64,000 nucleotides of DNA. Source: Verrucomicrobiota bacterium (GTDB taxonomy: Bacteria > Verrucomicrobiota > Verrucomicrobiia > Opitutales > Seribacteraceae). The translations under genes and the position numbers were made by a program. The stretch is taken from NCBI GenBank assembly GCA_027622665.1, contig JAQBYT010000002.1, positions 1 through 64,000 of the forward strand. The letters run 5' to 3'. Below, one piece after another: positions 1 to 9,975 of this stretch (position 1 is the stretch's first letter; the number at the start of each line of letters is the position of its first letter). The notes under the pieces are model-generated. The model worked only from the letters and a program-made list of their open reading frames with translations, made no database searches and had not been told where the DNA came from.

Positions 1-1850
1 CTTTGAAGGATACAGACGCCGCCATAGCAAAAATTGAGATGATCGCCCGTACCAAGGTGTTGGCGGCTCGCAAGTCGGCACCCGATGCATCGCGTCCCAA
101 GCCACCTAAACCTTATGCCAGCTGGGAATTCGACGGCAATCTGCGCGACAGCACCGGCAAATTGCATGGCGAAGCGGTCGGTGCGGCACATGTGGGGAAC
201 GGCGCGTTGGTGCTCAACGGCAGGGATGCTTATGTAAAGACCGTGCCGCTTGACAAGGACATTGGGGAGAAGACCCTTGAGGCTTGGGCCGTGCTTCAAA
301 ACCTGAACCAGAGGGGTGGGGCACTGATTAGTCTCCAGACCCTTAACGGCAACGGTTTTGATGCAATCGTCTTTGGGGAGCGCACACCTCGCGCCTGGAT
401 GGCCGGGAGCGATGCATTTAGGCGCAGCATAGTTTTCGGAGGCCCTGTTGAGAGCGAGGCCGACAAGAAGCCGGTGCATATTGCTATTGTATATCGCAGC
501 GACGGTACCATTACACGTTACCGGAACGGGGTACCCTATGACAGAGTCTACAAGACGGGTTTTGTGAAATACGGCAAGGGTTCTTCCCATGTGATTTTTG
601 GTTTGCGTCATGGCACGAATGCTGGGGATGGGCGGATGCTTGAAGGTCGCATCCTTCGCGCCCAATTATATGATCGCGCCCTTTCCCCTGCGGCAGTAGC
701 GGCTTCAGCAGGTGTGGAGAGCGATTTTGTGTCTGAAGCGGAACTTGTCGCAGTTCTTGATGCCGGGAAATCCGGGGAACGGATCAAGCTTGTTGCCCAG
801 TCGGGCAGCTTGAGGGAAGAGGCCAATCGTTTCAATTCATCCGGCCTGCGCACCATTTACACAGTCGCTGCACGTGGAAACCCTGGAGTTACCCATGTTC
901 TTAACCGAGGTCATGCCTTGCAACCTAGGGAGGCGGTCAAACCTGGAGCGGTGGCGGCGGTTTCCGGACTGGTGTCTGACTTTGGCTTGAGCGAAAATCC
1001 CTCGGATGCAGACAGACGTAGGAAACTGGCTGAATGGATTACGCACCCGGAGAATCCATTGTTTCCCCGTGTGATCGTTAACAGACTTTGGCACCACCAC
1101 TTTGGCACCGGGTTGGTGGCGACTCCAAATGACCTTGGGTTTAACGGTGGACAGCCCAGTCATCCGGATCTTCTGGACTGGCTTGCCGGCGAATTGAAAA
1201 GGAACGGTTATCGGCTTAAGCATTTGCATCGTCTAATGGTCACCTCAAGTGCCTACCGGCAATCCTCCGTACCCAACGTCAGAGGTATGGCATCGGATGC
1301 GGACAACCGTCTCCTCTGGCGCAGGTCGCCTGTCCGTTTGGATGCCGAAAGCCTTCGGGATGCCATGCTGATGGTTTCCGGCAAACTCAACAGGCAAATG
1401 GGCGGCCCTGGTTTTCGCGACGTCAATATCCGACCGTTGGATGGAACAACCTATTACACGCCTTTCGACAAAGAGGACTCCGCCCTTAACCGCCGAACCG
1501 TCTATCGCTTCAGCCCGAGGGGCCGACGAAGCGCAATCCTAGATGCCTTCGACTGTCCGGATCCCTCAACCGCGGCACCAAGGCGTTCGGTTACCACCAC
1601 TCCGATCCAGGCCTTGGCTCTGCTGAACAATGCATTTGTACTGCGGATGGCGGAAGGTTTTGCCACCCGACTGGTGAGGGAGGCCGGACAGGACATTACC
1701 GGGCAGGTGAATCTTGCCTATGCGCTTGTCTACGGACGAAAGCCGGATGCGGAGGAAACGAAACTCGGAGCATCCCTTGCCTCCGGGCACGGGATGGACG
1801 CGCTTTGCCGTGTCCTGTTCAACAGTAATGAATTCGTTGTGATAGAATGA
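1..1850 (+). CDS. DUF1553 (PSCyt-type) protein with LamG-like domain, 5'-truncated by window edge
   Basis: LamG-like segment followed by NPLFPRVIVNRLWHHHFGTG...PSHPDLLDWLA...FDCPD...TTPIQALALLN motifs typical of DUF1553. Confidence 0.9.
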   Translation, partial: LKDTDAAIAKIEMIARTKVLAARKSAPDASRPKPPKPYASWEFDGNLRDSTGKLHGEAVGAAHVGNGALVLNGRDAYVKTVPLDKDIGEKTLEAWAVLQNLNQRGGALISLQTLNGNGFDAIVFGERTPRAWMAGSDAFRRSIVFGGPVESEADKKPVHIAIVYRSDGTITRYRNGVPYDRVYKTGFVKYGKGSSHVIFGLRHGTNAGDGRMLEGRILRAQLYDRALSPAAVAASAGVESDFVSEAELVAVLDAGKSGERIKLVAQSGSLREEANRFNSSGLRTIYTVAARGNPGVTHVLNRGHALQPREAVKPGAVAAVSGLVSDFGLSENPSDADRRRKLAEWITHPENPLFPRVIVNRLWHHHFGTGLVATPNDLGFNGGQPSHPDLLDWLAGELKRNGYRLKHLHRLMVTSSAYRQSSVPNVRGMASDADNRLLWRRSPVRLDAESLRDAMLMVSGKLNRQMGGPGFRDVNIRPLDGTTYYTPFDKEDSALNRRTVYRFSPRGRRSAILDAFDCPDPSTAAPRRSVTTTPIQALALLNNAFVLRMAEGFATRLVREAGQDITGQVNLAYALVYGRKPDAEETKLGASLASGHGMDALCRVLFNSNEFVVIE

Positions 1851-3277
1851 TGAAAACTCAACAAATGCTAGAGCGGCGTGAATTCTTGAACTGGGGGGTC
1901 CGTGGAATTGGTGCAACAGCCCTCACCAGCCTGTTGATCCATGATCACGCCCATGCCGCGACCGCTAGCCTCTTGCCGCATTATGCGCCCAAGGCAAAAC
2001 GGGCCATTCATATTTGCCTGGTTGGAGGTCTCAGCCATGTGGATTCCTTTGACCCTAAACCGGAGCTGACCAAGAATCACGGCAAGGCAGCCAATCTTTC
2101 CGAGAAGCCTGATATTTTCTTTGGCAAGGTCGGGCCGCTGCGTGGGGCCGATTGGGAGTTCAAGCCCCGAGGACGGAGTGGACTCATGATTTCCGAGATG
2201 TTTCCGAACATTGCCCGGCATGCCGATGATTTGACCGTGATCCGGTCAATGGTGTCCCAATCCGCCAACCATACACCGGCATTGTTTTTCCAGAACAGTG
2301 GATTCGAGTTCAATGGTTACCCATCCATGGGGAGCTGGGTTGCATTTGGGCTTGGGGCTGAATCAGAATCCCTTCCTGCCTACGTGGTGCTTCCGGATGG
2401 ACGTGGATCCCCGAACGGAGGTTCCTCCAATTGGACCAACGGCTTCCTTCCTTCACAGTTCCAAGGGACTCCCTTTAATGGTGGGGACCGCCCAATCCAA
2501 GATATTTTCCCGGCAAAAGAAATTTCCGATGCGGAAGAGGAGGCTTCACTCAAGCTGTTGAGCCGCCTCAACCAAAAGCATCAGGAGCGTACTCGCCTGG
2601 AAGATATGCTGTCCGCTCGCATCCGTAGTTATGAATTGGCAGCCCGCATGCAGCTTTCCGTGCCGGAAGTGACTGACGTGAGTGCCGAAAGCGATGCCAC
2701 CAGAGAAATGTATGGTATTGGGAAGAATCCAACCGACGATTGTGGCAGACGATGTCTTCTTGGACGTCGATTACTGGAGAAGGGGGTGCGTTTTGTGCAG
2801 GTTTTTTCCGGAGGCCCAATTGCAGGTAGTCCGCGCAAGAGTTGGGATGCGCATGAGAACGTAAAGCAAAACCATGGGGCCGAGGCGGCCCGGATTGACA
2901 AGCCGGTTGCGGCTCTGCTGGCAGATTTGAAGCAGCGCGGCATGCTCGATGAAACCCTTGTCCTCTTTACTACCGAGTTCGGGCGTACGCCCTTTGCCCA
3001 GTCGGGTCGGGGCACGGTGGGTCCCGGCCGGGATCACAACAAGGGCGGTTTTTCCATTTGGGCGGCCGGTGGTGGCTTGAAACCGGGCATTGCGTTCGGG
3101 GCCACCGATGAAATTGGCTGGAGGGCTTCGGACAACCCGGTTTCCTGGCACGATTTTCATGCCACGGTCCTTCACCTTCTGGGGATGAATCATGAACGCC
3201 TGACTTTCTACCATAATGGTATCGAGCGCAGGCTTACCAACGTGCACGGTGACCCGGTGAAGGGCATCCTGGCTTAA
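1847..3277 (+). CDS. DUF1501 domain protein (Tat signal)
   Basis: RREFL leader, GGLSHVDSFDPKP, WDAH, TEFGRTP, GRDH; overlaps upstream stop. Confidence 0.92.
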   Translation: MMKTQQMLERREFLNWGVRGIGATALTSLLIHDHAHAATASLLPHYAPKAKRAIHICLVGGLSHVDSFDPKPELTKNHGKAANLSEKPDIFFGKVGPLRGADWEFKPRGRSGLMISEMFPNIARHADDLTVIRSMVSQSANHTPALFFQNSGFEFNGYPSMGSWVAFGLGAESESLPAYVVLPDGRGSPNGGSSNWTNGFLPSQFQGTPFNGGDRPIQDIFPAKEISDAEEEASLKLLSRLNQKHQERTRLEDMLSARIRSYELAARMQLSVPEVTDVSAESDATREMYGIGKNPTDDCGRRCLLGRRLLEKGVRFVQVFSGGPIAGSPRKSWDAHENVKQNHGAEAARIDKPVAALLADLKQRGMLDETLVLFTTEFGRTPFAQSGRGTVGPGRDHNKGGFSIWAAGGGLKPGIAFGATDEIGWRASDNPVSWHDFHATVLHLLGMNHERLTFYHNGIERRLTNVHGDPVKGILA

Positions 3278-3336
3278 GATTCTGTCCCTAAGTATGGTGC
3301 GGTTGGGTACGAAACGAAACGCACTCCTGAACTGTT

Positions 3337-3684
3337 TTGGCACCGTCAACAATGAGTTGTGTGGCAGTTGACGCAGCCCAACCACAAGCAAAGGGCAAGG
3401 AAACTAGGCCGAACATCATCCTGATCATGGCGGACGATATCGGGTATGCGTGCTATGTGGCCTATGGCGGAACATCCTATGAAACTCCGCGCATTGATCG
3501 TCTGGCGGCTAACGGCATACGCTTCATGCATTGCTATTCCCAGCCGGTTTCCACCCCGAGCCGTATCAAGATTATGACTGGCGTCAGCAATGTGCGTAAC
3601 TATGCCGACTTCTCGATTCTCAAGAAAAACCAGCAGACCTTTGCCCACATGCCGAAGGGTGCCGGGGTCACCTTTGCCGCTTGA
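3337..3684 (+). pseudogene. sulfatase N-terminal fragment
   Basis: RPNIILIMADDIG...TPRIDRLA...STPSR; stops after ~115 aa. Confidence 0.8.
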
Positions 3685-3925
3685 AATCGGTCGGGGTACC
3701 AAAGAGTTCCAGTTGCGAAAGAGAAAAACCAGGAGGTCGGTTGAAATCCCTAAAGGTATTACTGTTTGGATTGAAACAGGAATAGATAACAATCCGAAAC
3801 CAAGGGCAGGCCATGGGCGGCACGGTGAAGTCAGCTTTTTTCACGGTGTCGTTTTTTAACTTTGCCCCGAGTTTTTTCAGATCTGCGGGATCGACTGAGC
3901 CGCCCATCGTGTCTGAGGTGAACGA

Positions 3926-3973
3926 AGTGAACGCCGCATTCAGCGGCTTGTCCGCTGCAATGCTTTGTTATAC
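3926..3973 (-). repeat. attC site (short)
   Basis: Minus strand GTATAAC-AAAGC-ATT(G)CAGCGG-ACAAG-CCGCTGAAT-GCGGC-GTTCACT; hairpin with an extrahelical base. Confidence 0.85.
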
Positions 3974-5707
3974 CTGTCGTACCGCCTGAACAAGTTCAAG
4001 AAGCCTAGTTGGAATATCATCATCACTGAGATGCTGTCCGATAGCATTGGCAAATATAGGCTTACTCATTTTCTTGCCTCGCTGATTTAGGCTTCTAATT
4101 TCTTTTGAGAATTTTTTCCCATTCTCTGCACATTCAGCACGTAATTTTCGAATTGATTCTACAGACCATGTTTCTGGTATTTCTTTCTCATATGACGTGA
4201 GATACGCCGCCCAAGCCGTATAAAGCGCTTCATCAGTAAATGCGTCTTCAAACTCTTTAGTTCCCACAATATACTTTCTGTCATCTGGGATTTGAAGTCG
4301 GTCTATCAATTCTGTTAATTCTGGCGATGCGTCATTATCAAAAAGTAAATGCACTTTCTCTGGGCTATGTATTTCAAGAAGGGCCTTTGCGAAACCTGGT
4401 ATATTTGGTATGCCCTTGCAATTAATTATTTTTACAAGTGACGATGAAAGCGTCTCGTCAAATGCTTTAATGAAATATGACGGGATAAACTGTTCTTCAG
4501 TTTCTCCTTCGACAATAATTATGTGCTTGGCGAAAAACAAGTATGTATTCTCAATTCCTAACGTCCTGAGAATCCTATCCGCGTATTCAGGGTCAGATTT
4601 TATGTACTTAATCTTGCTATGATTATTGTTATTTTCTAAGAGCCTCAACTTTTTCGGCTTAACGGAATTAATTATAAATGGCGAATGCGTTGTTAATATA
4701 ACCTGACTACCGTTTGCGGCAAATCCTTTAACCGTATCTAAAAACTCTAGTTGTGCTTTGACATGAAGGTGGGTATCTGGCTCATCCAACAAATAGATGG
4801 TGGAAGCATCATGTTCTATTAACGATTGCTCCTTTTTATACTCCAAAAGAGCCATTGTGATACGCCTCTTGGTGCCATCCCCTTTTTTATCAATAGACAC
4901 CTCTTTGCCATGTTCCAAAAACTTGACTTTTGCATCAATATTCAAATCTTTCTTCTGATATATTGGCTCAATCTTTACCTCAGTTAAGTCTTTTAAAAAC
5001 AACTGCATTCTACTTAGAACTCCAGTATCTTTAATGCTCTGCTCAACGTGAGCCGAATAACTGTTTATTTTATCTTTTACAAACTCCTCAATGGTTTGGT
5101 CTTTAGTGATTTTTTCATCCCATATTTCACTTTGCTTACCTTTTAAGAAGACCTCTTTGAAAAATCAAGAAACATTCTCAAAGTGCCTACCATCAAGCTG
5201 AATATTATTAAACGAAGGGAATGAAGCACCGGCTATTTCAATATCAGTACCATCAAATTTTTCTAATATGGAAGTTTTAAGATTGGTAACATTGGAATTA
5301 GATCTAACGGTTAAGCCGACCGTTTTAGCTGTTTGCCTGACTTTCTCTTGCTCGCCAATATCATCCAAGTTCAGATTTTCATCTGTAAGCCAATTTCTTA
5401 TTTTTTCGATATATTCTTCTGTTGGGGTTGCAGTTAGGTTAGCTTCGATAATAGCGTCTTCATTTAGGTCATAGACTTTTCCAAACTTAAACTCCTCAGT
5501 ACCTAAACATATTTTTATTTGGGTACGGTCATGATTGAAGTCGTCTTTCTCAACTTTTCTTCCTTGTGTTACCACCTTCAATCATTCAATTAATGAAGAT
5601 TTTCCCGCATCGTTTTCGCCTACAATCACCGTCAAGTCATCTTCGAATCTTACTTCAAAACCCAGTAAGCATCTAAAGCCATCCACAGTTAAATCTTTAA
5701 TCTTCAT
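3968..5707 (-). pseudogene. OLD/AAA_15-family ATP-dependent nuclease (ABC ATPase + Toprim), two in-frame TGA stops
   Basis: One 580-codon frame: MKIKDLTVDGFRC..IVGENDAGKSS, LLDEPDTHLH, TTHSP, IIVEGETE, FDND; TGA at 5582-5584 and 5165-5167. Confidence 0.88.
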
Positions 5708-5732
5708 AAGTCACATCCCTGCATGAATTGAG

Positions 5733-5802
5733 GTATAACGTCGAGGTGTATCACGGAGTGAAGCGTAGCGTAACGGAGTTGAATACCACCGACTGGTTAT
5801 GC
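5733..5802 (-). repeat. attC site
   Basis: GCATAAC-CAGTCGGTGGTATTCA...TGATACACCTCGAC-GTTATAC. Confidence 0.9.
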
Positions 5803-6465
5803 CTTCTCCCATGTTGTTTCGGTTAAGTCTTTTTTGTCACAAACGCTGACGAAGAAGCTCTCATCGCGATGACTCTTCTTCTCCTCGGCGTAATAAAGCC
5901 TGATGTATGGAAATCTATTCTTTTCCTTAAAATGGCAACATATCTGTGGCCACTCCCAATACTCATCGGCTTCCCATCTAATTCTATCGATGCTGCTGTA
6001 AGCGATTCTTCCGATGAGGTGAGTCATAACTGCGTCATCATCCCCCCTGTCACAATAAACCCATGTGTCTGCCTCTTTTCTTATGAATACAGGCCCTGCT
6101 ACGCCGTCTAAACGGAACTCTAAATAGTCTCTGTGGTAATCGATTAATGCCGCAATCGTGTAAGGGGAGTCTTCCCTGCTGTGCTGCTCATCTGTATTCG
6201 GCATTTTCCTGAGGACATCACGAAGTATAAACTCCCCTAGATGTGAATTGAAGTCCTGCCGCTCCGCAAAATCTTTGATTTCATTAAAAAGCTTAGTCGC
6301 GTGGTCAAAGCTTTCGATGGCTGATTCTCTTAATTCTTTTTCACTAGGCTTAATCTTCCTGTAGACTCTAAAGAGCAAGAAGAGGATGGGTGCGCCAATA
6401 AACAATGAAAGGAGTGACAAGAATCCTTCATTTTCATTCGACCACTGGATGATGCTTTCGATCAT
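5797..6465 (-). CDS. cassette-encoded hypothetical protein with N-terminal TM helix
   Basis: 222-aa ORF filling the cassette; stop lies in R''. Confidence 0.8.
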   Translation of the reverse strand: MIESIIQWSNENEGFLSLLSLFIGAPILFLLFRVYRKIKPSEKELRESAIESFDHATKLFNEIKDFAERQDFNSHLGEFILRDVLRKMPNTDEQHSREDSPYTIAALIDYHRDYLEFRLDGVAGPVFIRKEADTWVYCDRGDDDAVMTHLIGRIAYSSIDRIRWEADEYWEWPQICCHFKEKNRFPYIRLYYAEEKKSHRDESFFVSVCDKKDLTETTWEKA

Positions 6466-6473
6466 TTAATTCT

Positions 6474-6540
6474 GCATAACGTAGAAGGTAGGCATAGAGT
6501 AGCGCCAGCGAAATCTATTGTCTATCCTGACTGGATCTAC
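6474..6540 (-). repeat. attC site with non-canonical R'' GTAGATC
   Basis: GTAGATC-CAGTCAGGATAGACAATAGA...TCTATGCCTACCTTCTAC-GTTATGC. Confidence 0.85.
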
Positions 6541-7028
6541 CCTTCATTTGGTCGAGTGGTTAAGTATTGTTTCCAGTCGTTAGATTCTGCCATCGCTTTT
6601 ATTTCTGAGTTTCTCTGCTGTAGAAATGATTTCATGTATCTGGTTAAGAATAAATTTTCAGCGAGACGCCCTAATATTCCAAGTGGAGCCTCGAACTCGA
6701 ATCGATCAGACATGATCGTATGATTCTCTTGGGTTTGAAATGTGTGTGTATGTCTCAACTTAGAGAATGCTCCCGAAATCATTTCGTCTTCAAATTCTTT
6801 TGGTTTATTCAAATGTGTCATTTTCACAGTGAGCTTCTGCTTGACCCCAAAGTGTGTAGCTTCCCAAGTTACCGTTTCATTTTCCTCCATCAGTCCGCTG
6901 GTCCTTCCTGCCACAGCTCGTTCTTTCGATTGGGAAGTAGAAGCGGTGTGCGCATCGACGCTCCTAGCGAGGTCAAAAACTCGCTCAATTGGAGCCTTAA
7001 TGGAAGTTGTGAGTTCAATGACGGGCAT
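6537..7028 (-). CDS. SRPBCC (START-like) family protein
   Basis: IELTTSIKAPIERVFDLARSVDAH...GAFSKLRHTHTF...FEAPLGILG. Confidence 0.88.
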   Translation of the reverse strand: MPVIELTTSIKAPIERVFDLARSVDAHTASTSQSKERAVAGRTSGLMEENETVTWEATHFGVKQKLTVKMTHLNKPKEFEDEMISGAFSKLRHTHTFQTQENHTIMSDRFEFEAPLGILGRLAENLFLTRYMKSFLQQRNSEIKAMAESNDWKQYLTTRPNEG

Positions 7029-7037
7029 TTTCTTTCT

Positions 7038-7093
7038 GTAGATCGTTTAAGTGTGCCGGGGCGTTAGCCGTTGCCACAACTGACTTGTTCGGT
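7038..7093 (-). repeat. attC site with non-canonical R' GATCTAC
   Basis: ACCGAAC-AAGTCAGTTGTGGCAACGGCTAACGCCCCGGCACACTTAAAC-GATCTAC. Confidence 0.85.
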
Positions 7094-8020
7094 GGTTAGT
7101 TTGTCGATATAGCCGAGCCTTTCGACAATGAAATCGGCTCCAGTTGGTATCCAGCTACGCAGTTCTTCGCTACCTAAATGGTTTACGATGTTAATTTCAT
7201 TTATAAGATTAAAAACGTTCGTAAAATCAACTAAGCCTCCAAGGACTGCCTCGGTCTCGAAACGTGGTGATAAGAAAGTGTCAATGTCTCGATAATTCGA
7301 CTTTATCCGTTTTCGGTATAGCAGACAAAGCCATGAAGTCTTTCCTAAGGCTGAAGACACTCTCTCCCAGTCTTCATATCTAAACGATTTTTTCAGCTTC
7401 TTTCCGTCCTTGGTGCGAATCTTGAGATCTGGCTTCTTATCTTCAAGATGCATCTTCCTTGTGGATCGGAAGAAACTTCTTAAATGACGCTTCACTTCCT
7501 CGATGTCTGGACCGTTCCACCGTGATGGATGAAAATCTTGGATCGTTGATGATATCCCTTGGGTCTTGAGATCTTTAAGGCCTCCATCAATGACGACATT
7601 TAGCTCGCCAAGCAAAGCCCCATGACTTGCTAAATCCGAAACTTTTTTCCTTACTGCTGCGTGTGATCTTTCAGTAAACCCTAAAGCTGAGAAGGAAGCT
7701 AATGTCGAATTGAACGCTGCGTAATAAGACTGAGGGAAAGCCCATTGAGCCACAAAGCCTGATCCGGGTCCTGAGAAATTATTCGATGTCGAACGCAAGA
7801 GTCGCTCGGTATTCCATGAATTAATTAAGAGCTGCCGAATGCGGGGGATATCTAATTGATTCTTTGATCGAATGCGCAGCAATGCTCTGTAGCGACTCAA
7901 CGAGTCGGTTTGGCTATAACAATACTCTGCGTATAGACCAAGTGCCTTGAATTGATTGGCCGTAGTCAGAGCTGCCCAGTCATCTTCTGTCCGGTCTGGT
8001 TCTCTTCGAGGGATAAGCAT
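7064..8020 (-). CDS. cassette protein, HEPN-like
   Basis: SYYAAF...SH...LYRKRIKSNY resembles HEPN YY..H..Rx4Y pattern. Confidence 0.55.
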   Translation of the reverse strand: MLIPRREPDRTEDDWAALTTANQFKALGLYAEYCYSQTDSLSRYRALLRIRSKNQLDIPRIRQLLINSWNTERLLRSTSNNFSGPGSGFVAQWAFPQSYYAAFNSTLASFSALGFTERSHAAVRKKVSDLASHGALLGELNVVIDGGLKDLKTQGISSTIQDFHPSRWNGPDIEEVKRHLRSFFRSTRKMHLEDKKPDLKIRTKDGKKLKKSFRYEDWERVSSALGKTSWLCLLYRKRIKSNYRDIDTFLSPRFETEAVLGGLVDFTNVFNLINEINIVNHLGSEELRSWIPTGADFIVERLGYIDKLTTEQVSCGNG

Positions 8021-8050
8021 TATTTATCTATTTTACCGAACAATGTCGTC

Positions 8051-8655
8051 TCAATACGGGGGGGGTACCTGCAGCGGGCTCTTTGTTCGCTCTTTTGCAT
8101 CGCACTTGTAGATATCCACCCATTCATTATCCTTGCCAGTCATCGACCCTTGAATGGCCCAGGACTTGGGGTCTCTTCCGGGCATGTCCGGGGCAGTTGT
8201 TAGAGTAAAGTGGGTCAGGCTCGCAGGATTTTTGAGTTGAACAGCCAAATAGTAGGGTGCCTTGAGAGTTGGTCCTCCTTTGCCGCCGTCCTTGAACCCG
8301 ACGTACCACTTGCGAGTCTCAGGCTTGTTGAGAAATAAGCTGCATGCCGGGGCACCCTGCCAGCTTTGGAACGGATGGGTTTGGTGCGGTGGGCTGCGGG
8401 TGGTGAAACGGGTGACATCTTCATGTCAATCCATCCGAAATTCAGGGGGCGCATTTCGTCTTCACTTAGTGCCTGCCCATAATTGACTCCCTCCTTTTCT
8501 ACTATTGCATTAATCGGGTCAGTGAGGTCACCACCGAGCAAGCTGCTATTACCAGTATCGAGTTTGAGAGCAGCATTTGTACTGGGCCCAGATAGGATAA
8601 TACAGGTAAGTGCGAAAACGGGAATCAAGTGGGTTGAAGGCATGGTTGAATACAT
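8051..8655 (-). pseudogene. frameshifted, truncated exported protein (discoidin-like)
   Basis: Signal peptide, then pieces in three frames incl. RDPKSWAIQGS. Confidence 0.55.
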
Positions 8656-8812
8656 GTTGAATAAGTGAGGAAACCTTTAGGTAGAGCCGGTATTTTGGAA
8701 AACCGGTTAATTATTCCGTGAGGTGTTTTGAATCGTGGAATCATGGCTTTCGGGATTGGAGTCGGGCACTTTTGGGAATGTTCCCGTAACCCATGGATGC
8801 AAACATAATTCC

Positions 8813-9781
8813 TTAGCGAATCACTTCGCCTTGTACTCCCACCGTTGCGGATGCCGCAGTTGCATTGCCCAGATTCTTGAAGTCCTTGAAGCTCCAGACA
8901 AGTTTCTTGTCTTTGGTGACCTCAATCAGTTGCGGGTTGTCTGGACCGGCGTGACAATTTCCTACAACGATATTTCCGTTCGGCAACAGTTCCAAGGAGG
9001 TAACCCAAGCAAGAGTGACGCCGGGAATATCGTTTTGCTTGAGGTGCCAGACGATTACCTTCTTGGGAGTCACTTCGAGAACCGAGTGACCTGATCCAGT
9101 GGCAATCAAGGTGTTCCCGCTTGGCAGACGAATGGCGTTGAATACTTGGTTGCCCCAACCTTTCGGGCCATGGCCTCCTTTGCGTGGTTTGCCGAACAGC
9201 GAAACTTGGTAATCCCAGACGATCCTTCCGGTGGGTGAGTATTCCGTGACTCGTCCTTCACCTTCATGACAAAGAAGGTAGTTTCCGTTCTTTAGTTTGT
9301 GCCCCTGCCGAACGTCGCGATGGGCGTTGAGTTGTTTGACCTTGTACTTCAGTTCATGTTGAATTTCGCCCGCCTTGTTGATCTCGATGATCCGGCCGAT
9401 GCCGTTTTCCACGACCATGGTGTTGCCGTTTTCAAGTCTTTGAAAGGCGTGTACCTCGAGCCTCTTTCCTTCGTTCCCATTCCTGTTTTGGGCATCGTAA
9501 CTCCAGACCGTTTTGCCTTTCGGGTTGACCTCAATCAGTTTCTTCCAACCGGACTGGCAAAGAACGTTGCCGTTCTGTAATTGTTGAATGCGGTGAACCG
9601 AGCCGGTCCTGAATGTCAAGAGGACATTGCCCACTGCGTCGTACTTGACGACCTGGCCCTTGTCGCTTGCGAATACGCCGTGCCTTGTTGATGATACCTC
9701 TGCCTTTTCCGCTGCATTTGCAATACACGCAAGCAGCAAGAAACCCTGAAGGGCGGTAAGAATTGTTTTGTAGGTTCGCAT
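8813..9781 (-). CDS. exported beta-propeller repeat protein (PQQ-like)
   Basis: Signal peptide; repeated LxNGNxL...IEV...VW blades. Confidence 0.8.
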   Translation of the reverse strand: MRTYKTILTALQGFLLLACIANAAEKAEVSSTRHGVFASDKGQVVKYDAVGNVLLTFRTGSVHRIQQLQNGNVLCQSGWKKLIEVNPKGKTVWSYDAQNRNGNEGKRLEVHAFQRLENGNTMVVENGIGRIIEINKAGEIQHELKYKVKQLNAHRDVRQGHKLKNGNYLLCHEGEGRVTEYSPTGRIVWDYQVSLFGKPRKGGHGPKGWGNQVFNAIRLPSGNTLIATGSGHSVLEVTPKKVIVWHLKQNDIPGVTLAWVTSLELLPNGNIVVGNCHAGPDNPQLIEVTKDKKLVWSFKDFKNLGNATAASATVGVQGEVIR

Positions 9782-9975
9782 GTGAGTATTACCTTTGAAT
9801 TTGATGTTAGAAGGAGAAAATTTCTTTTAGCTAGATGGGTTTCCCACAACTGTTTTGAAGTTGTCAATTTCAGTAAAACAAACTCGTCCGCAATCTCTAA
9901 ATGATCGACTATTGAAATGAAACCTTAGTGACCGTCTCGAATTCCTTCCATTGATTCAATCTTACGGAGTATGAC

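Larger units (their letters stand above)
3926..8041 (-). mobile_element. integron cassette array 1 (4 cassettes, no integrase in window)
   Basis: Four co-oriented AT-rich ORFs each followed by an attC; every cassette's R' is complementary to its own R''. Confidence 0.92.

Noticed and set aside
3968..5707. TGA recoding (genetic code 4/25 or selenocysteine) suggested by in-frame TGAs here and at 34564 and ~51180
   Set aside because: Other pseudogenes have TAG or TAA stops, TGG and GGN are used normally, intact genes end in TGA, and the TGA near 23531 corresponds to GGA in its intact paralog; ordinary decay explains it
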